From assembly GCF_964204865.1 (NCBI RefSeq), contig NC_135259.1:16926001-16990000 (forward strand): a DNA stretch of 64,000 nucleotides. Direction: 5' to 3'. The stretch is from Styela clava (taxonomy: Eukaryota). The translations under genes were made by a program, and so were the position numbers. Under the pieces are notes generated by a model that did no database searches, was not told where the DNA came from, and saw only the letters and a program-made list of their open reading frames with translations. Below, in pieces: positions 55,801 to 64,000 of the stretch (positions within the stretch are counted from its first letter, which is position 1; every line of letters starts with the position of its first letter).

Positions 55801-58800
55801 AACCCAAATTTCGCTCTGGGTCGCGAAACAATTTAAATTTTTCATAAATATGGGCATCGCGTCTGTGTAGCGTATTTATGTATAACAACTTTATAAATCT
55901 CTGATTATAATTATGGATGTTTCCTCGAATATACACTTTCTTATTTACTGCCGTAACATTGGTCAATCAGCATAAGTGCAAAATTGAAGTAACAATAAAC
56001 GTTTCAGAAGCGCTCAGATACTTTTGCCATTGGTTGTGTATATTATCTCGTTTTGGCGGTTTTCGGGTGTTGTTTGTTAGTTTTTGGTTGTTTTGGTAAA
56101 TATAAGTCCTAATCAAATATTTCAATAATCATTTTGCTCTGTCGAAGTTTTATTTTAAATGAAGTAATAAAAAATTAATCTAGAAGTAGCTGTGATAGAC
56201 TAGGCCAAACTTTTCTACCGGCACATTTAAATGAAAGGTTGTTGAATGTATTGAATTAAAATGATAGTTTGAAACATATAAACCGGTTTATAGGCGCGAA
56301 CTCGCAAAACCAATATTGAAATAAGAACCAATAATTTTGCAATGGTAGAGTATAAAGCGGAATAATTTTGTCGAGATCGAAAATCGGGAAAACATTCATT
56401 ACGCAGATGTTTGCATTGTTAATTGGTATTATCCTACTACGTAGGTGGACAATTGTATTGTTTAGTAGCAATGCAAGGTTAGCAGTAGTCTTGTGGAATT
56501 GCTTGATAAAGACAGATGATGAGATTTGTCCATTCTAAATTAAATAGTTAGGTTTCTGTTACATTTGTTATTGTAAGATATTCTTGCTTGAATTCAAAAT
56601 TTAGTGGGGTTGAGGATTTTGAAGGTAGTTTTAGTCACAAATAATGTTGACAAACTGGTTACTGATGAATACTGAAGTAAAAGTCGCGAGCGGAAGATAC
56701 AACGGAGAAATTAAGTGAGAACAGAACACCGCATGCACCTTCAGAAATCTTTGCGTCTTCAAGCAGTGGGGATCAATGCCCGACAAAAGACTTATCTCCT
56801 CACCCTCATCGGATAGAAATACATCACTCAAACCATTCTTATAAGCGGAAGTACAGTGTAGAATTTATAAAGCTTGGTTTCACGTGTATTCTTATAAATG
56901 ATGAGTCACGTCCTCAATGTGTTGTTTGTTCCGGTGTTCTTGCCAACGAGAGCCTGAAAGCAGTGAGATTGAAACGACATCTCACAGCAAAGCCTCCAGA
57001 ATTCATTGACAAACTAATACATTTTTCCACCGATCAGAAAAAGAATTTTTAGGCGAAAAGAAAACAATGACAAAATATATCACAATTTTAGAATATCTCA
57101 AAAGATATTGTATGAAGTGGCTTATTTAATCGCAAAAGATAAAAAACCACACACCATTGGAGAAACACTGATCAAATCTATTGCAATTAGTCAAATTATA
57201 ACTGGAGACAAGGTAACTAAGGATATGAAAGAAATACCAATGTCTGTAGATACCATTCGCCCGACGTATCAGCGGAATGGAATGGGTCAATATATTAGGT
57301 GCCAACTGATTGATAGAGTCAAAGAAGGAAAATACCCTTTGCAATTGGATGAATCCACGGATACGTCTAGTTTAGCGCAGTTGATTGTGTTCGTTAGGTA
57401 TATAGCCAATGGGAAGCTTGAAGAGGTACTCATGTGCGTGACGCTTTCTGGAACATGCACTGGTCAAGACATATTCTCAGCAGTGGCGACGAGACTACAG
57501 AATGATGGATTATCTTGGGAGCGGTGTATTAGCATTTGTACTAATAGGGCTGGGGCCATGGCGGGAAAACAAAGGTTTTTTAGCAAGAGTATTACAAATT
57601 GGGCCTCATATCAATTTTACGCATTGCATTCTTAATAGGGAAAATCTGGCTAGCAAAACATTGGACCAATAATTAGAATTGAAGATTGCATATGATGGCA
57701 AAAGAAGTTTGGCTGAATTTTGGATTTCAGTAGCAAAAGAATATCCGGAATTAACAGCTGCTGCAATGAACGTATTGCTGCCATTCGAAACTACCTACTT
57801 ATGTGAAAAGATTTTTCCTGCGTTTTCATACATAAAAAACAAATACAGATTAAGGCTAAATTAAAAGAAGATCTTCGAGTTGCTGTCTCCCAAATTAAAC
57901 CACGAATTGATAAGTTGTGTTGAAAACGCAAAGCTAATAATTCGCATTAGTCATAATGAAAGCTATTATTCACGAATTTATGTGATGAGTTTCATATAAT
58001 TTTGTGCAAGAAAATTGCTAGTGTCAATAATAGTCTTAAAATCATAACTAATTACATGTTTATCAAATGCTTGGGTCGCGAGAAATTAAAAAAAAAAATT
58101 TATGGTCGCGCTAAAAAGCAGTTGCGGACCCCTGATCCAATCCACTGCTTGTCTAACGACTCATTTAGCGAAAATAACCTTGAGAAGGTAAATCATATCC
58201 ATATCAGCTATTAAGGATGGGCAATGCAGAATAATTTGCTATTCTAGAACAGTGCTCCGCAACCGGTGTGCCGCGAGACGATGCCTCTACTAAGGTAAAG
58301 TTAACCTGCTTTTACGTTGGCTTGAGCAACACCAATTCAAATTCATGAATCCCCCACTGTGCATTTGTGACGTAACAAGTGGTAGGCCTATATGTCAAGC
58401 TGATATATTGTAAAAAAAACACTTAACTTTTACGAAACAAATGGATCCGAAATCCTTTCTCAACTAGAGCTGAAATGTCAGGGAAAGACTTACCCCTGCG
58501 TATTCGAGAAAACTTCTTTGAAGTAAGAAATGACAGAACGCTAAGATTGAAATTCAGCGAAATTCCACTTGATGTGTTTTGGATTTCAATAAAAGAAGAA
58601 TATTGGCACATTTCCAATGCAGCTATTGAAATATTGTTCCAGTTTTGCACAACTTACGTGCGAACGAAGCTTTTCCTCTTTATACTAATCAAAAACGATA
58701 AAGGATCCTGCATAAAAGATGTTGACAACGAACTTCGAGTTGCTCTTTCACATATTGATCCTAATATAGAGCGATTGTGCTCATTAAAACAACCACAAAT

Positions 58801-61800
58801 CTCTCATTGAAATATGAACATAAAACAAAGTTACTTTGTTTTTTTTCGTTTGTTCTGGTGTGCCGTCGAATTTGGCAAGTTTTATAAGTGTGCCGCAAAT
58901 TAAAAAAGGTTGCGAAGCACTTTTCTAGAATATTCTAGAATAGTTCAATCGAATCCAGAATACCGAATCCTATTCTCTTTTCATACTTATTCAAATAGTG
59001 GGAATTTTCCTGATTGCTGGATTTAGATGTCAAAAAATTATAAATGTATTACTATAAATGTATCATTTATTTGGAAATGTCCTCAACATTGGATTTGATT
59101 TAATACTAAACTTTGATACTAAACAGGCATTTCCCAGGACAATAAAATCTAAGAATATTACAATATTTTTGCTTTCAATTGTTCCAAATGTATGTAATCT
59201 CTAAATACTGATATGCTATATTAAGACACGCTTCAAACACTTTAATAGTAAGCGGTTAAATACAAAAATAGATATGAAACGGCATTAAATCATTATTAAT
59301 GTTAGAGTGCCGAGGGTACTAAAACACGCACGCTGAGAATTAGATGCAGGACCAGCGTGTGGCCACTGCAACCTATGCGACCAGTGTAAAATATTAAATT
59401 TAACCACTATCAATTAAGATCAACTCTTTATTCTGTACGATCAAGACGTGCAAAACAAGGTTCCAGTAAACGCGATTTCGTAGTTAGTTATTAGTTAATA
59501 TCATCTAAAGACGAATTCATTTAGTATTATTATCAATACATATCATTATCTACCCAGACTTGGTCCTACTCAAACTCAATATGTAACTATTTTCGCCAGA
59601 TGTGGCATCTTTTTTTAAATTCATCGGCAAATAAAATTACTACAGACACTCGATCAAACGTGCGTCTATCTTGAACGATAGAAACGGACCAAAAGATAAT
59701 CTTTTGAGAGTGAAATTTAAATGCGACAGATCGTCGTGTTTTGCGATATAACTTTGTATTTCGGAAACTGGTGTAATAAAAGTAATAAAATTATTCCTAA
59801 ATAATATTTGATATAAATTAATCGCAAGTAATGTCATAACATTTCATGCCTGGATTTTGGTTTACATGCATCATTTTCTGGGGAAAACTCACCGGTCGCG
59901 GAAAATCATTTACAGTAATGTAAAATGAAGCAAGGCACGCCTGTAAATAATTGAAGATTGTTGCAATCAGATTATCGGAATATCGCCAGTAAGTCGGCAC
60001 AAATAATTATTATTATTAAACCCTAGCTAGATAGCAAAGCAGGAAAACGCAAAAAATGATGCAATAGCGAGTCTTCGTCCTAAGGTGTACTTCACGAATA
60101 CGTCGATTCAGATTACAGTGTTTGATGTTTACCGATTAGGCAAGTTTGATTAAACGAGAGAAATCTCCATGCGAGAAAGAACGCTCGTCTTTAATTGATA
60201 AATTAGAAACCTGAAATACAAAAATTGATGCACGCCGAAAAAGCAAAAATGGTGCAACAACGAGTCTTCGCCATGAGATGTACTTCGCCGACTTCCTGTC
60301 CAGAATAAGCCGATTGAGATTACAGTGTTTGAAGTTAACCGATTTTACGGGTCCTTTCCGAGCAGACGCAAGTCTATTTAAACGAGAGAGATTTCCACGC
60401 GAGAAAAACGCTAGTCTTTAATTGATATTTAGAAAACCGAAATGCAAAAATCGACGCATGGCGCTGGAGAGGCCGAAACCGAATCCTGTTGGATTCGGAT
60501 ACTTTGGGATTCGCATCCTCCGGATTCGGTATTCTATATTGCCCATCCCTATCAGCTATATAAAAAACAATGTATAAAAGACAAAACGAGAATATCGGTT
60601 GGAAACCGAAGACTTATCGATCGATAGTTAGGGGATCCCCCAAAACAGAAACTGCAGTTTCGATTCATCCGCTCTTGTAACTTGCGCACTGCGCATCGCA
60701 CACACACACTCGGCGGGTTTCAAAATTCTCTCGCTTTACAAAAATCTAGATCACTATATCAATAATTGATTGATAACTCGCTAATTATACGACATAATTC
60801 GCCCAAAATCAATAGGCTTCTGGTCCGAGATAAGATGAATGCACATGCAAAATCTGGAGCAGATTCAATCTCGCTTTCGTGAGATATCGCGTGCATCTAA
60901 CAGACACACACACAGACAGACATACATACAGACAAAGACCTATCAATATACTTACCGATCTTAAGATCGATAAGTAATAATTACAATTTATCATTTAGTG
61001 TGGGTAGCACCTGCGAAGGCTGCGATTCATGCTTTTGTAGTGCCGGGCAAATTGCGTCATCCAGTGCAGTGCACTCTACTTCCCAATTACTGTAAATATG
61101 AAGACAATTAGAATACAATTTGCTTTTAAATTTATTGCGGTGATCGCCATTCCTTTCATATCGGCAGTAATTTATTTTCCCTTGTCGCGCCGCAATGGAC
61201 TGTCTTAGATTACGATAATACATGAAATATAATAATCGAAAAATGTTTTCAATTAAAACGTAGATGGAGGGGGGCGCTAAGATGCGTGGGCGATATTCGA
61301 TATTAATATACTCACTAAAAATGATATTCTGAAGGTAGGGAATAACGATATTGAATATTAAATCAAATTGAACATCCCTGGCTGTGATAGGTGCATTTGC
61401 CCCTATACGATTTGTAGGGTTGGCCCTTATGCAAGGATACACGGTAACTACGTTGGCATTGACTTGAACAGAGCCATGCTTGAAATAAAATGTTTCAAAA
61501 ACACTGTAAAATAAAAACTTAGCTTACCTTCGAAATGAAATGGTATTTCTCCTTTTGTTTCATTTTCTGCTGCATCATTAGACTTTGTTGCCTTTTTCTT
61601 AGTTGTTGAAGGTTTTTCATATGTATTGCTGCTTCGATCAATCGTAAAACCAGAACTTCCAGCAATACTGGTTTCTATATTGTCCCCTGTTGAGATAAAG
61701 CACAATAGTCAGAATGGTATTTATTATTCATAGTTATAGTTAAAAAGTGAAGCTGAAACATGCCATTATTGTACAAGAAAAATTAACTGTCCCGATCCCA

Positions 61801-62687
61801 AGTATTACTACCCTGTGGTAAACTCAAAGTAAATTTATTTATATGAATCAAAAATGCTATAAAAAGCCGATCTTGCCGACCCCCTAAGAGCGGCCCTAAA
61901 CAGTGAATTTATAAAAATTCGCGCATAAGCTGACCCTAACAAATCGGAACACTTATCATCATCACACATACTTTTGACACAGCTAATTTTTATTATAAGT
62001 TATGATTGGTGATCCTCAGCGCCAGTTTAATTTAGTTCATCGACATCGTAAGCTAAGTTCCGCCACAATTATACCTCAGCACAGGTATTAAGTGTTGTGC
62101 TACCACTGGAATTAAATTAAATTTTGCTCATGAAACTATGCGTTATTTCAAAAAACGCAAATGTTATAACGATCATCGTTACAAAAATTCACTCCATTTT
62201 CATAAGAGAGAGAATGCATTATAAGTTGGAATAGATGTATGAAATTGTAACCTAATTGTAAAGAAAATTTATTTAAACCACAATATAATTTCATTTATTT
62301 ACCTCGAATAAGTTAAAAATGTGATTTATGTAATACTGACAAAAACAAACATTTTCCTTTATAGGCTATATGAATAAACTAGATCCAATAATTGACCTTT
62401 CGGAGAACAGAACAAAACGACAATCTCTGGCAGAACTTATTCTCACCTTCATTAATGGTTTGCTTGAAAACGAATGTTGGAGCTACCACAGTTTCAAGTT
62501 TTTCTGAATGCTCTATGAGATTTTGAAGAAAATTTCTACCAAATTCTTGTACCGTCCCAGGCATAGATGACAACGATACTTGTAATGCATTTCGAACTGA
62601 AGTTTGATCGTTTGCATATGAAAATTCTGTAGATTCATCTGAGGAATCGGCAGAATCGATTTCTCGTATTTTACCAGATTCAGCCAT
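42421..62687 (-). CDS. Tandem IRE1/RNase L-like kinase with coiled coil, 6 FN3 domains and C-terminal KEN RNase (~1524 aa); exons 62687-62447, 61686-61528, 55670-54837, 54504-54295, 52213-51926, 50920-50648, 49141-48875, 48086-47817, 46804-46532, 46339-46076, 45412-45323, 43826-42421
   Basis: 12 AG/GT-bounded exons, all introns phase 1, 4575 nt open to TAA, in-frame stop just upstream of the ATG. The donor after 54295 (GTTTTT) is the weakest junction. Confidence 0.8.
43851..44255. mobile_element. hAT (Buster-type) MITE just upstream of the terminal-exon acceptor
   Basis: caggggtttccaaac...ttgggaaccactg; TSD atctagat/atctagaa. Confidence 0.8.
44284..44617 (+). mobile_element. tRNA-derived SINE, copy C
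   Basis: Same family as 34017 and 35659. Confidence 0.85.
44951..45186. mobile_element. Palindromic MITE with internal TTAGGG motifs
   Basis: TIR ggtgctcccgaagtatgcgaaccaagatggcggacatc; TSD gaaatttc/aaaatttc. Confidence 0.85.
46076..52213 (-). CDS. Six single-exon fibronectin type III domains of the kinase-KEN gene
   Basis: Six 264-288-nt phase-1/1 exons, each opening with xP or similar; B-strand W in four (ISW, INW, MTW, YEW); PG/TG-x-x-Y motifs (YPGSKY, VPGNTY, LTPGESY, KTGHNY); A(F/Y)N..G.G ends. Confidence 0.85.
49390..50612 (+). mobile_element. Internally deleted hAT (Buster/Charlie) element
   Basis: TIR cagtggttcccaacc/ggttgggaacccttg; TSD aactagag/cactagag; transposase C-terminus GFSALPHIKTRARNQMKAEDDMRLALS...QPSH. 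Confidence 0.85.
52287..53678. mobile_element. Non-autonomous hAT element containing a nested hAT at 52687-53496
   Basis: Outer TIR cagtggtcggcaacc/ggttgccgaccactg, TSD cgctatat/tgctatat; inner TSD gtgttatg/gtgttgtg. Confidence 0.8.
54837..55670 (-). CDS. Exon 3: IRE1-like kinase 1 (no KEN domain)
   Basis: IAIK, KEVE, HPNVI, HRDLKPDNIL, IIDFGLGK, GTDGWRAPE, DIFS, GSHPFG, RP...HKYF. Confidence 0.92.
55776..58134 (+). mobile_element. Decayed hAT Buster/Charlie transposon (ZBED8/SCAND3-like transposase pseudogene)
   Basis: TIR caggggtccgcaac/gttgcggacccctg; TSD atctaatc/atccaatc; fragments PQCVVC...LANES, KPHTIGE, QLDESTD, TTYLCE with frameshifts. Confidence 0.9.
58212..60551. mobile_element. 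Non-autonomous hAT-type element hosting a nested insertion
   Basis: TIR taaggatgggcaat/attgcccatcccta; perfect TSD tcagctat; internal ~200-bp tandem duplication at ~60040-60455. Confidence 0.85.
58250..58922 (+). mobile_element. Nested Buster-type hAT deletion derivative
   Basis: TIR cagtgctccgcaacc/ggttgcgaagcact; TSD ttctagaa; ORF 58475-58810 is a transposase C-terminus (FWISIKEEY...LRVALS...QISH). Confidence 0.85.
60584..60978. mobile_element. HINE/DINE-like element
   Basis: acttatcgatc...gatcgataagt subterminal IR and cagacacacacacagacagac microsatellite; second copy at 24865. Confidence 0.5.
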
Positions 62688-64000
62688 TTTTGTCAATTAC
62701 ATGAGTAAGGTATTAACAAATATAGATTATCAGTCTGCAGTATAAAAAAAATGCAAAATTATCAGAATCAAATAGTAGAGGTTCCCAACCTCTTAATGGG
62801 GAGCAACAGCCCGGTTGTAGAGGGCAATATTACTCCAAACACCACTGGAATGATAAACAGAGGGGCCATGAGTGCTAAAATCCTCCATAAAGAGGGCACA
62901 AACCATGAAGGCTGGGAACCACCAACTTGTAGCAATATAACTAAAGCAGAAATGCAGTCAATTTTATTTTGATAGTGTGGAAATTGTTACCCGTGTGACG
63001 AGCAACAATATAGCACAGTGGTCCCCAATTTTTTTTTATATATATATATGCTGAATTCAAATTAGTACGTCCCTCAAAGAAAGGATATGAAGTTTTGATG
63101 CATTTCTGTAAATTACTTATCTTGAATCAATCCAAATACTATCAATTATTAAATTACCCGGTTATCCATAAAATTTAAATTTTTTTTAACTGACTTTGAG
63201 TGCACTATCACTACTATTTACTGAGTAGGGGGGTGTTATTTGAGTAGTTTTTGACATTTGAACCGATGTAAAATCTGAGTGAAATCGATTCTCCGTGAAA
63301 TTATGGTTTCGTTGGAACATTCTGACTCTGTACTTCCTTGCATAACAGTTTGAGTCTTATTTAATGTATTCAAGTCACCTAAAAATGCAATTTTTTTTTG
63401 GAAGTCAGTATACTCAATTTACCTCATTTTTCGAGGATAATTGAGTATACTGACATCTACCAGGTAAATCAAATCCAAGAAAGCCCTAGAACCAAATCAA
63501 ACCCCTTCATGAGAAACTTGGGTACATATAGTTTATTTTAAAAAATAGTAATTACAAAAACCTTGGAACATAATTATCTGACATCACTTTAAACTTGGTA
63601 TGATAGATCGCAATTATGGTTTCTATGAACTTTTTACCACAAATAGGCTTTTAGTTTAAATACAAGTTCATTATGGACTAGAAATGGACTTGGCCAACAA
63701 CTTCCTTGATAGAGATACTTTTTATGTTCCTATTTTGGGTTAAATCTAACACAAAATCTTTGAGCTCGCTCTTTCATACACTGGTATCATACAAAGTTCA
63801 TTTTATATACATCGGTCAGGACAACTTGGCCAAGGAATTCTCTTTCCCCATATTTCAACCAGTCAGTCAAAGTCTTGATTTCATTAATGTCAGAATATGC
63901 TACTTGTAGTTAGTCCTCTGTTATAATCAGCTGTACTATGTGAGAATTCTGCTTCATATTCTGTCTCGTCGTCAATAAAGCCGAATCTAATTCTGACTCT

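Noticed and set aside
61600-62560. RHIM or death-fold domain in the kinase N-terminus
   Set aside because: No (I/V)Q(I/V)G core and no convincing six-helix pattern; mostly low complexity.

Overview
AT-rich, intron-containing animal genomic DNA, probably an ascidian such as Styela (inferred from gene style and repeat families). Four gene loci can be assembled by hand. (1) A tandem cluster of three divergent C-type-lectin-like genes on + (0.4-10.6 kb): one complete, one cut by the window edge, one lacking its leader exons. (2) A 4-exon DUF4200 coiled-coil gene of the CCDC197/CCDC42 family on - (14.4-18.2 kb). (3) A 4-exon complexin gene ending in CAAX on - (22.3-30.5 kb). (4) The standout: a 12-exon, ~1524-aa minus-strand gene (62687->42421) with the order low-complexity N-terminus, IRE1-like kinase, coiled coil, six FN3 domains, a second IRE1-like kinase and a KEN ribonuclease. 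It has no signal peptide or TM segment, and all 11 introns are phase 1. It resembles an exon-shuffled, cytosolic RNase L/IRE1-type effector with a different sensor module. The rest is dense with hAT/Buster relics, MITEs with visible TSDs, a piggyBac-type element, HINE-like elements, a tRNA-derived SINE family, a ~1.5-kb foldback and local duplications. All models are manual; no database search was run.
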